DNA of 63,989 nucleotides, filler included, from Octopus bimaculoides (lineage: Eukaryota): NCBI RefSeq assembly GCF_001194135.2. It is 7 parts of 7 records of this genome, joined end to end, with 100 filler letters (N's around TTAATTAATTAA, not from the genome) between each part and the next. Parts side by side here need not be neighbours in the genome. Positions count along the whole stretch, not along the records: positions 1 to 22,986 come from NC_068982.1; 6 more parts are not named here. The stretch is one strand, 5' to 3'. A program made the translations under genes and the position numbers. Within the stretch, counting starts at the first letter, position 1; each line of letters starts with the position of its first letter. Below the pieces are notes generated by a model that worked only from the letters and a program-made list of their open reading frames with translations, did not search any database and was not told where the DNA came from. Below, piece by piece: positions 1 to 12,400 of this stretch.

Positions 1-91
1 AGTCCAGGGGCACTGGCAATGATCTCGTTCGAAAACCCTACAAGGCCAGTCAGGCGGTACTGGCAACGGTCACGCTCAGGATGGTACATCT

Positions 92-131
<40 letters not shown>

Positions 132-254
132 GGTATATATAAATATATATACATATAGGTATATATAAATATATATGAAGAATAAAAAGTTTTGAATGGT
201 ACAACAACGCACTATAATATAAAAAATGGACTATATATTTGTTGTAATTTAGCT

Positions 255-309
255 ATCTATAGTCCGATGATATTTCGGAATACAATCCCTTCTTCAGATC
301 TCCTTAGAT
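255..309 (-). ncRNA. Candidate minimal type I hammerhead ribozyme (Penelope-type) with intact core
   Basis: Minus strand reads AUCUA-AGGA-GAU CUGAAGA A GGGA-UUGUA-UUCC GAAA UAU C AUC-GGACUA-UAGAU. This gives a CUGANGA core, stem II, GAAA, a loopless palindromic stem III (AUAU), an AUC triplet and an interrupted stem I. Confidence 0.7.
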
Positions 310-1225
310 GGAGTCTATGCTACAAACTGTTTACTAACGGCTTTTCTGTTTTTTTCTTTTTTTTCCGGAAGTGACGTAGTAGTCTTACGAAGCTCCTTCC
401 GGAATTCCTCATGAGAAGTGCGTGTGGGCGGCTATGTTTCAATCTCATGTTTATTGGTATATCTGTAGTGCTACTTCTAAGTTATGTGTTATACGTGCTG
501 TTTCTCATTTTTTTTTTTTTGTTATAAACAATACATGAGCATTTTATTAAGAATGAACCTACGCGTGTAGGTTCATTCTTAATATTTGTTCCACTAAAGG
601 CAGTGCTCCAGCATGGCCACAGTCACATGACTGAAACAAGTAAAACAATAAAAAATTATGCCATTTTAATCCCGTGCAATGCTGGGTATCTCTGCTAGTT
701 TTTCTATAATTGCCACATCATGTAAGTTGTATCAACAGTAGCATTCGATGTGAGCAAATCTTCCAATAAACTGTTATCAGCTACTTAATTATTTTTGTAA
801 AGATATTTGAAATATCTTTAACTAAACTAACATTTTAAAGATTTAAACCTGAATCAGCAGTAACATTTCTATGTAAAAGAAATCAANNNNNNNNNNNNNN
901 NNNNNNNNNNNNNNNNNNNNNNNNNNNNNNNNNNNNNNNNNNNNNNNNNNNNNNNNNNNNNNNNNNNNNNNNNNNNNNNNNNNNNNNNNNNNNNNNNNNN
1001 NNNNNNNNNNNNNNNNNNNNNNNNNNNNNNNNNNNNNNNNNNNNNNNNNNNNNNNNNNNNNNNNNNNNNNNNNNNNNNNNNNNNNNNNNNNNNNNNNNNN
1101 NNNNNNNNNNNNNNNNNNNNNNNNNNNNNNNNNNNNNNNNNNNNNNNNNNNNNNNNNNNNNNNNNNNNNNNNNNNNNNNNNNNNNNNNNNNNNNNNNNNN
1201 NNNNNNNNNNNNNNNNNNNNNNNNN

Positions 1226-1520
1226 CATTCGAGCGAGATCATTGCCGGTGCTGATGGACTGGCTCCTGTGCAGGTGGCACATAAAATACACCATTTCAAG
1301 CATGGCCGTCGCCAGTACCGCCTGACTGGCCTTCATGCCGGTGGCACGTAAAACACCCACTACACTCTCGGAGTGGTTGGCGTTAGGAAGGGCATCCAGC
1401 TGTAGAAACTCTGCCAAATCAGATTGGAGCCTGGTGTTGCCTCCTGGTCCACCAGTCCTCAGTCAAATCGTCCAACCCATGCTAGCATGGAAAGCGGACG
1501 TTAAACGATGATGATGATGA
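1226..1520 (+). mobile_element. 3'-tail copy of the same RTE family; further copies at about 1-80, 2280-2592, 29905-30165, 41170-41285, 41355-41635, 45275-45530, 61445-61620
   Basis: Shared sequence GGAAGGGCATCCAGCTGTAGAAACTCTGCCA...CCATGCTAGCATGGAAAGCGGACGTTAAACGATGATGAT is visible at each position, in either orientation. Confidence 0.85.
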
Positions 1521-2205
1521 TTATGAAAATAAATGCCAATTCACTTATTTACTTCTCCTTAGACTGGTCTGCAGAAAGTCATATGACCAATGGTGAAAGT
1601 CATTTACTAATTGGACTTTCTCCAAAATCAATCAGTACAACAACCATTAAAGCAAGTGACCAACAGCTAAACACAGTTGTTCAATTTGTTTATATTTCCT
1701 TGCATAGTTTAAGCAACTTCAAAGAGATACACAACTAACAAACTACAAACCAAACTATTGCAGTATATGTAACATATTCATGAATTACTTAATGAATATG
1801 GTATGTGAACACTTGTACAATGCATTTCTACAAATGAATTTATGTATCTTGCTATCATTAATTATAATTTGATAATTTGTTAATTTCAAACATTTCTGTT
1901 TGATGAACAGTGATTTTAGATAACACGTGAAGCAAATTCTGCAGAGGTGGACTTTACTTTTTATCCTTCTGTGGTCAATTAAATAAGTACCAGTTGAGCA
2001 CTGGGGTCAATGTAATCCCTGAAATTGCTGAACGTCTGCCAAAATCTGAGACCACTATAACACATGAAGTGCTGTATTTTATATCATTTTGAACTGTTGT
2101 TTTATATCACTTTTGATAAACATCCTCTCAATAAGTCTGAAGGGGGTTATACACTACAGATAGAAAAAGAAAAAAATGAAGAAATGCATTTATATACATA
2201 ATTAC

Positions 2206-2254
<49 letters not shown>

Positions 2255-3269
2255 CGTGCACATGTGTGTTTGTCGTGCAAGTACTTGATGACCCAGTCAG
2301 TGCTGGTGCCACTTAAAAGCACCAAGTCCACATTGTAAAGTAGTTGGTGTTTGGAAGGGCATCCAGCTGTAAAAACCTTGCCAAAACTGACCTCGCCTGT
2401 GCTTGTGCCATGTTAAAAGCACTAAGTCCACTTTGCTGAGTAGTTGGTGATAGGAGGGGCGTCCAGCTGTAAAAATCTTGCCAAAACAGTTGCCGAAGTC
2501 TGATGCAGGCTTCTGCCTGGCTGGCTCATGTTAAACCGTCTCACCCATGCCAGCATGGAAGGCAGACGTTAAGCAATGATGATGATGATGATGGTGTGTG
2601 TGTGTGACTGAAACAAGTAAAAGATAAGTGTCTCAGACTCATAGGCAATAACTAATTAAACACTCATCAATTTAGAATACAGAGCTCCAATAAGTTAAAC
2701 TTGTCCACTTTTAGTTGGTTTATTCGATAAATTCAGTATTGGTATTTCATCTAACTTGAAGGACTGGTTCAGTGTAGGGACTAGATATAAGCAACTAACT
2801 CTTTAGCATTCAGATTACACTATCAAATTTAATTTTTATTTGTTCATATCATTTTGGTGTGTTTGTATATTTTTAGAATGACATTGTAGGGTAGTTATGA
2901 GAGGTTGGATCTGTTCAGTTTTAACATAAAACAGGTAGAATATTTGGGCTGGATATGGGCAGATTAAATGCTAAAGGGTTCAACTTTAACACTTTAGCTT
3001 TGACATAATTCTGTCAAAAGTAAAGTTTATTTAGTCACATTGTTTTGAATTAATCATGCATTATCTTGCAGCTTTGAGATTTTGATGTGGTAACTGTTAA
3101 TTTTTAGAATACTATTGTAGGAGTGATGTGAGAGGCTACATCTGACCAGTTTGAACATAATGCAGTAGAGTATTAAAGGGTTAAAGAACCACTTCTATAA
3201 GCCTTGATGCTTCTTTAGCAATCAAATCTTTATACAAAGATATTCTGGAAAGAAAAAAATTAAACTTAC

Positions 3270-3414
3270 TTGGTTTTGTACCATTTGTGGTCTGCTTTCC
3301 CTCATCTTATAAACAAATGAGGAAACATCAATATTATCATCTAAAGTATGGTCTCTCACATATTGCAACATGTAGTCAATAGCAATCAAAGTTCCAGTAC
3401 GACCGACACCAGCG
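3270..3414 (-). CDS. PTP exon (145 nt, phase 2-0): (S)[48 protein letters not shown]
   Basis: Completes the [10 protein letters not shown] signature and begins the Q-loop; acceptor tttcAG and donor GTaagt. Confidence 0.97.
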
Positions 3415-6400
3415 CTGAAAGTTATAAGTTTGGAAAAATAAAGAGGAAATAATGTAGATGTCTGAGACCATACTGGTGCTTTATAGTGTTATAGTAGAAG
3501 TATGTAACTGTTGTTTACAAAAAAGCTACTCTGTACACATCACCATACACATATATATCATCGCTGCTGCCATCACCACTGCTGCCACCACCACTACTAC
3601 TGCTATCATCATTGTTTTAGTGTCCTTCTATACTTGCATGGGTCAGATGACAGAATTTGGTGTGGCAGGTTTTCTGTGGTCGAATGCCCTACCTGTGACC
3701 AAATCTCACCTCTTTCCAAGTCATGGTTGGAATTTTTTTCACAGAAGACTAGAAATGATGAAGACCACTTTCATGAGGTGATGCTCACTTATTATAAACT
3801 ATCATATGATGTTGGGACAAGAAGACACAAACACACATGCATACATTGTACAGAGATACACACATATATTCATATATGACAAGCTTCTTTCAGTTTTCAT
3901 AGACCACATCCCCTCACAAAGCTTTAGGAGGCCTGAAGCTATTGTAGAAGACACTGCCCCAAGATGCCACACAATAAAACTGGATGCAAAACTATGTTGT
4001 TGAGAAGCAAACTTTGTAACCACACAGCCATACCTGCATATTTTCCATTTTATGAAATGAAGATGTCTTTTTGCAGAAGATTTTTCTAGTCATTTTGCAG
4101 GAGAAATAGGGATGAGGAGGAACTGACTATATTTGAGTCAAGCTCAGTTTTCTTTGATACTGCGATTGATTATGGAAATCTTCTTCTTGCCTTTAACCCT
4201 CCAACGCGGAATATAGGCCACTTATAGTTGAATTCCATGTCGCATAATTTTTCGCTTCTGTACTTGTACTCTGCCATGAATGTCCCCCTTTCTCTAGTTC
4301 CTTTTGTGTTGATCTACGCCACGAGTTCTTCGGCCTACTCCTCTTTCTATATCCATCCGGATTCCACTGTAAAGCACTTTTTGCTGCATTTAGTGTGTCC
4401 TTTCTAATTGTGCTACCAATCCACTTCCACTTTTTCTTAAATATTTGCTCTCTAATCGGAACTTGATTCGTTCTTTGCCATATGTCTATGACTAGATAGA
4501 ATCTTTCAGTCTGCTGATATTCAGATGGTTTGTTTCCATGGACAGAATTTCTTGCAGGACCCCACATCTTTTGTTTTTATTCTTTTGTAAAGCTACTTTC
4601 GTGTGTTCCTGTATAGCTTGACAAGTGTTTACATTTGAACCATTTTTGTTGATCTGTTTTCTTTGTTGCTTGGTCCTCTTCATTCTTAACTGTGATTGAT
4701 CAGTTGTGAAATGTATTCTCATCCTGTTTGTTGTTAAATAGTGAAGGCACATGGCTTAGCAGTTAGTGTATTTGGCTCACAATTGTAAGGTCATGAGTTT
4801 GATACCTGGTAGCATGTTGTGTCCTTGAACAAGACACTTTATTTCACATTTCTCCAGTCAACACAGCTGGCAAAAATAAGTTGCATCTGTATTTCAAAGG
4901 GCCAGCCTTGCCCCATTCTGTGTCATGCCGAATCCCCCTGAGATCTATGTTAAGGGTACGTATATCTGTGGAGTGCTCAGCCACTTGCACATTAATTTCA
5001 CGAGCAAGCTGTTCCATTGATTAGATCAACTAGAACCCTCGTCATAACTGATGGAGTGCCAGTTAGTTTGTTGTTAAATATATGGAGTGTCAGGGATATA
5101 CATTTGTAGTGGATGCATGTTTTTAGTAGAATGGTTTCCATCAAGTCTCCTATGACCTTCATCATCACTTTTTGTGTTTTATATGGGGTTAGTTCTAATA
5201 TGAGGCTCTCATTGGTTTGTGAAAGATTATTGTTTTTATGTATAATCAACTGTTTTGTTTCATTTTCTGCAGTGCATATTCAGGTAAAAAAAGATTTTAT
5301 TGCATTAATGATTATGAGAGGTGTAACTTCACATGTAGGACCAAGGGTGAATTTTTGACATAATTTTTTGGCGACAAAAGGGTCCTGTATACCATCAAAT
5401 ATAGTAAGTTGTTCTATTCCATTTGCTAATGGTTATTATAAATCTTTGTAAATTTACAAACGTTTGCAGAGATATTTTCTTCTGTTCCTTCTATTTCCTT
5501 AGGATTAGTACAATGGTGAAGAGTAATAAAGAGAGTGAATCTCCTTGGAAAATACCCCTGTGTGTTTTCATTTACCTAGCGATTCATTTGCACATGTCAG
5601 TTCTACATCCTACACTTTCTTACTCAGGCTTCATTTAATACTCTACTATTTATATATATATAGCAGATCAGCAGTTTCCTTTGATTTCTTCTTACATCCT
5701 TTTTGCTCTTCTGGCAAAAAATTCTGGAAAATAATATTCTTCATCTGCAATGAGACCACTTAATAGTTTCCAGGGTAATGGTAAGCAGATAATAGGTCTA
5801 TAATTGCTGACTTCTATTCTTGTTTCTTTGCCTTTCTATATCAGTACTGTTTTTCCTTTTATCATCGATGTTGGTGTTCCATATTCTATGCAATCATTAA
5901 AAACTGGTCGTGTATAACTGTGTACCCTTGGGAGGTTCTTGAGCCAGAAACCCTGAATGCCATCTGGTCCAGGGCTTTCCAGTTTGGTATTTTCTTATCC
6001 ATCTCTTTTTCTTTCTTATACCTGATTGTTATATTTTTCAATTTGCATTTTTCTCTTAAATTTCCATAACCAGCCTGCTTTTATATTATATTGGACTTCT
6101 TTGCTCCAGATTTCTGCCCAGAAGTTCCGTGCCACTTCAGCATCTGACATCATTTCCCTGATATTCCTCTTCCTTGTTCCATTGTTTATAGAATTTTCTT
6201 TTATTGTTCTTGAAAAGTCTATTCTGATAGTACTTATTTGTTCTCTGTTGGTATCTGGTTTTCTTAACCTGATACTGCCATGATGTTTTGTCCTAGTTCC
6301 TCTTTAACTACTTGTAGTCTTTTGTGTCTTATGTTGTGCTTCCTTTGAAGTTTGGTCCTCTATCTTTCCCTCACCCTCTTCTTTTCCATGAATGCATGTA

Positions 6401-9400
6401 ACCAACCAAGGTCTCTCTTGAGCTGTTTTTCTTACACTTTTAAACCCAAGAGTTTGCTCAGAGACAGAGGCTGTGCAGTATATAAGGTTGGTCAGATCTG
6501 TTATGTTTTTGATGTAGATTTTTTTTCAACAGTTCATCCATCTTTTTCCCTACTTTATACAGTCTTCCTCTTTTGATTCCTCTCAGAGATGGTTGCCTCT
6601 TTCTTTCATTATTTCCTTCCTCATTCAGGTGTAGCAATAAGTCTCTTTCCTCTTCTGTAACAGTCTTTCCCTCCATAAAGAAAATTTCACATCATCCAAG
6701 CAGCTGTTTCTTTTGTGGTAGGTTATTGTCCCTCTGCTAATCCCTGTTTTTGTTTTACTTTTTGTTCTTCATGTTCATCATAGTCACGTTCACACTCTTT
6801 CACTATCGTGGAGATCTCCTCCAGTTTCAACTGAGATAGCCACTGCCTTTTCATGATTATTTTTTTGGTCTAGAAGTCTTTGTTCCATAATAGGGAACAT
6901 GTTTTTCTTTGTTCAAATTTTATGCATTGTCTTCTGATATCCTAATTTGGTACACTTGTTGATGACTTTTATTTGGCATGACACTCATAAAGAGGGTTGC
7001 ATTGGTGAAATGTCACAATCACCAGTGTTTTATGAACACACCATCTCTAAGGAGTGGTTTTTCAACAGCAGCAGTGGTGGCAACAGATGTTGCCACCACC
7101 ATTATTTCCATTTTAATTACATTAATTTAAACTTAAAGAACAATACTTTCATCACTTACCTGCAGTGGACCAAAATTGGTGATTGGGTAAAATGTGAGCG
7201 GATGATTTTGATGAAGTTAATCAATACTGTAGGGTCAACTGTGGCACTAAAGTCAGGCCATTTCTGGAAGTGCAGGTGTTTTACTATGCGAGTTTCTTCA
7301 TCCTAAGAGCAGAGAAAGGTATTATGTGTCAGTTACAGCTGACTAAATACATACAAAATGAAATGTTTTGTTGTTCTTTGTTAATTAAACAGTTCTCTGA
7401 TCTGAAATGCATAAATTGTTCACACAAAGGTTATACTATAAGATATTTTTCCTAACAACAACCATTCAAGAATGAATTGGAAAATGCATATAGTTTTAAG
7501 TTTGGTAAATAAAGGGAAAGATTTAATGCCTGAAGAAATGAAACAGTATTTTTAATCATATCTGTTATCTATGGATGGTTCCTTCCCAAGTCATACAGGG
7601 CCAGTTTCTCAGCTTCTATGACATATATATTCCCCATCTAGACGGGACACTGGTCTGTTGTAGGATTACCCATTTTTGCCAGCTGAGTGAATTGGAGTTA
7701 TGTGAAATGAAGAGTTTCGCCCAAGAACACATGTTGCCTGGTCCAGGTATCAAAACCACAATCTTACAATTATGAGTCCAACATCCTGACCACTAAGCCA
7801 TGCACCTCCACTGTCATATGGATGATTATCATATATATCAGTTGAGGACTCTAATGGGTCATAAAAGTGAGGGGTGGGTGAAATTGAATTTGTGAACATG
7901 GACCTTCATGTGTTGGACATTGTTGTATTGAAGAGAAACATTGAAGACTGTATGTAATGTTTGATATGAGATATTGAGAGAGAGCAACAGAGAGAACAGA
8001 AGTGGTGAGTATTAATTAGATGAGTAATGTATACATAGTAATCATCTAATTAGGTGTGTGGGAAGTTTAAATGCAGCCAACAAGTTCTGAAAACAATCTG
8101 TTTATGGATTCTCCTGTTGTAAATGTGAGATGAATGATATGTAATTTCTTGCTGAACAACCTGCTCAGATGAATTGTTTATAGTGATCAACTGTTTGTGC
8201 CATATCTCATCACATTCCTTCCATCAAATCGACATTGCCAGCACAGGTGCACGGTGTGCAACATGTCAGATGTCAAAGTGATGTGAAATGAAGTGTTTTG
8301 CTAAAGAGCACAACACACTGCCTGGTCTGGAAATTGAAACCACAATATTGCAATTGTGAGTGCAACACCCTAAGCACTAGGTCATATGCCTCCACAGAAT
8401 CTATTATCATTGTAGTAACAACAGAACAAAGTATAAGTCAATATATGTCAGTAAGAAGAACTTCCTTATTCTTAAATAGTGTATCTATGACTATAATGAT
8501 CAGTATGCCCTTCCTTTTTATAAGATGGCTGAGTATGATTTGAGGAAAATGTGGCTGCTATTTTTTTTTTGTGAGTCAAAAGGAGTCTATATATTCCTTC
8601 ATTGGCTGAGCATTAGTAAGATTTTCTAAATTAGGTGAATAGTTTTATTCTTTATGTGGTCTAGAATGCTATCTATTGTTGCTTATCTCCATTCAGTCCT
8701 GGCAGAGAAAAACCTATAATGAAAGGAATTCCAGTTGTGACAACCCATCATTTTATGAATATAAAGGACTATATTGATCACTGTGTCTTTCCTTATTTAT
8801 GAGAACAGGATATGATTTAAAAGAGACCTGACCATGTAGAAGCCACTCTCTTGCAAACATTTAGTAAGAGGAAATGCAGATAACTAACTCATTTCCTCAC
8901 ACCAGTCTCAGAAGTCTTGAAAAGGGTCATGACACCATCCTTCCTCCTATGAATAAGTTAAAAAATAATGATGGTAAAATGCTATCTTTTTACTTCTTTA
9001 ATAAAATTTTGCAGTTTTAATTTATTAAGAAATTTAACTTGAAACATTTTACCATTTTCAATAGATTATTTCTCCTAATTCACCAAGTGGCCATTTGGAA
9101 TTTTACTTATTTTAACATACACTTCCAATGTTTTACATTCCTTTTCCACACTAAAATGATTGGGGATAGGTTTTGTTTATTTATTTATTTATTTTTTCAC
9201 TGCAAATCTAGAAATTTTCAAATAGGATGAAACGACTGTTTTTCCACGAGGAGTGGAACCTATGTTGTTTTGTTAAGTCAACTGAAGTAAATAAAATAAT
9301 GTGTTTGGAATAGGATGATAATACAATTGTGACAGCAAGGTTTGAACTTTGAAGCTAAACTGACACCCATTGTGTTTATACAGGAAATAAGAATAAAACA

Positions 9401-12400
9401 CAAAAGATAAGTATATTTTCCTGACGTAAATATTATGTGTGAGTTATAAGAGATCAAAAAGCAACTTGACTGTACCATATTCACAAGAATGCTACTCTCA
9501 TTGTAGTATTCATGAGTGATAACTACATCTGTTTCAAGCAATAAATCACGGCTGATAACTTTTAATTTCTCTTTCTTTGGCCAGTATGGGTAACATTTGT
9601 GCTGCAAAATAATAGAACAGAAGTTTTATGACTCGGATATATCTGGAAGCTGGTGATGGGCTGAGTTGGAAACAATTAATCCCTAAGAGAATTCATTAAA
9701 GAGTTGGATATATATATATATAACAAACAAACAAAAAAATCACTGAGATTCAACTTGTTAAACTTTTGATTCTTTTATCTTGGCTTGCTTTCCCATTGTT
9801 ATTGTATGCAACTCTTCATCTTAGTAACCTCTGTCTCATTATTCATCTGCTAGCTCCAAATGCATACAGAAATAGCATTCCTTCCAGTAATTAGTGACCT
9901 ACTTTTCTGATACATATACACCATTGGAATACTTCATGTCTTACTTTCAACTAGCTCCTTCAGGACAGAAGAAATCCCTTAGCTCTTGCTCAAGCTAGCC
10001 TTGGGCTAAAATACCTCACTTCCACATGAGACAATGCTTTCTGTTGCTACTACTTTCACTTCATATAAAAATCAAGCTTCACTTCCTAGTCATTCTGTGA
10101 TTACTGCTAATTGCTCAGCCAACTTGTGTCGCAATTACACATACAATCATCCAAATTCCTGATAAATTAATATGCTCACATACTTTATACATTTGCACAT
10201 ATATTACTACACATATAGATACATTTGAATTGAGATGATTCCATATTAATTTTTATAAGCATTCATACAATAAACCTTATTTTACATACAACAAATACAA
10301 GGGTCATCTGCAAAACCATTTTCACATTTGCTGACCCATTCATGCATTCACATGCAATTACACTTTGTTTTCACAGTCAGTTGCAATATGAGGTAAAGAA
10401 TCTAATGTATTTGTCCTCTGCCTTTTATATCTGAAAGTGAGGAAAAGAGAGAGAGGAGAGAAAGTGAGGGAAAGGGCAAGGGTGGGAGAGAGGGAGAATG
10501 TAGGCAGAATGAGAAAGGAAGTCATATTGTTAATGGATCAGTCGCAGAAGACTTACTTTTCCATTCTCTTCGCAGAGGGTTAACATTACTATAAGGTTGA
10601 TATTTTCCTGCCAGACCATTCTCCAGAAGTCATCAACTGTGTGAATCAAAGGGCCTTGGCATGCAATATATTCCTTTTCTTGGTTGTAGCCCTGCAAGTG
10701 AAAAAAAAAAAAGATGATTAGTCATCATTAGCATTGTATCTTAATTTTAATTTATATTATTTGAAATTGAGCCAACATTGAGTCAAATTTATTCATATCT
10801 TGTTGTTTAGCCCCAGGTCATGTCTGACTGAGCAAACTTATGATCAAAGGTATTCTAAACATAATCATCTCATCTTTTTTGTAGATTAAAGTTTACATTA
10901 CCCAATGTTTTTTAAAATAATTTGTCAAAGGAGATTTAGTTGATATTTCTAGCAGTTTGTGCAACCATGTAGAAACAGTGTGCATGTATGCATGCATGTG
11001 TCTCTGTGTACATCCGTGTGTGTGTGTACATGAATTGAATTGAAAGATAGAGATATTTCAGGTTAAGACAATAAGAGTTCCAATTGAGCCTTCACATTTA
11101 TGAACATCTGCATAAACATTTTGCTAGCCTTTAAACATTTTACTAGATCTGAGGATTTTAAAATCTTCCATCGATGAAAAATAAGCTTTAAATAAAAGAT
11201 AAGAGAGAAAAAGAACATTATTTACAGGGCAAATAATGTCTCGTATTTCCCCTGTATTTCATTGGAGTAGGATATGTGTGAGCAAAACAATACCTAATAT
11301 AATAGGGATAAGGATTTGTTCTTTCACAAAATGCCTGAGTCTTGTTAGAATCTCAGAAGACAAGAGAGGCAGACATGGTTGTATGGTTTAGAAGGTTGCT
11401 TTGCAGCTTCATGGTTTGGAGTCTTGTCCTGATTTCACTGCACAGTACCTTAGATATCTGCCTTTTATCAAAGCCTTGAATTGATTAAAGCTTTGTGTAA
11501 TATTCATTAGGGCATACACTGCCAAATGGATCTTTCAGAAACTACAACTACATAAAATACAGGTACTGAAATTTTTTAAGTAAAGTTGTTAGATATGAAT
11601 ACATTCTTCTTAATGGTAGCAAAGATAGGCCTATAGTTATTGCATCTCAGTGGTAATATTTTTGAAGACTGGGATTATTTTCACTATTTATAAACCTGTG
11701 GTGACTATTCTAAGTGAGAAGGATAAATTCAAGAGCTGGAGAAGTTGTTTGCATATTGTTGCTATTATGTTAAACTGTCGTATATCCAAATTTGACCAAA
11801 TGCATTTTTTTCAATATCTATTTTTGCTTGCAATAGCCAGTTATTTTGGTGAAACTATCATATCCCCAGCTGCTTCAGATGGCAAGATATGAAAAATTGT
11901 TAAAGTGTAGTACAACAGTTTTTCTCTGGATTGGTGAAACTATTTTTTTCATTTTCTGAAAAAGCAATGTTTTGGACTTACAACATTTTTGCATAATAGC
12001 AACGATATGTTTAGTTGAATTTTTATGATTTCAACTTAACCAAAGAAACAGGCCATTTCTTTTGTTAAGCATTAATCATGGAATAGTAAAGTTGCGTGGC
12101 TTAGTGGTTAAGAGTATTCAGCTTATGACTGTAAGGCCAGGACTTCAATTCTCAGTGACACGTTGCATCCTTGAACAAAACACTTTATTTCATGTTGCTC
12201 CAGTCCACTCAGCTGGCAAAAATGAGTAGTACCTGTATTTCAAAGGGCCTTAATGTAGTTCTCCCTATGTGAAGGGTACACATGTCTGTGGAGTGCTTCT
12301 TTGAAAATAAACTCTAACTCTTCTACTCTTATAGAAATGCAGTTGTTATAATATATGCTTTTGCTAACATTAAATCAGGAGTAAAGTTAATATGTTGAAC

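Noticed and set aside
3246-3269. GTAAGT...TTTCCAG mini-intron right after the last PTP exon
   Set aside because: Only 24 nt long, and the downstream frame (NIFV*) lacks QYxF.
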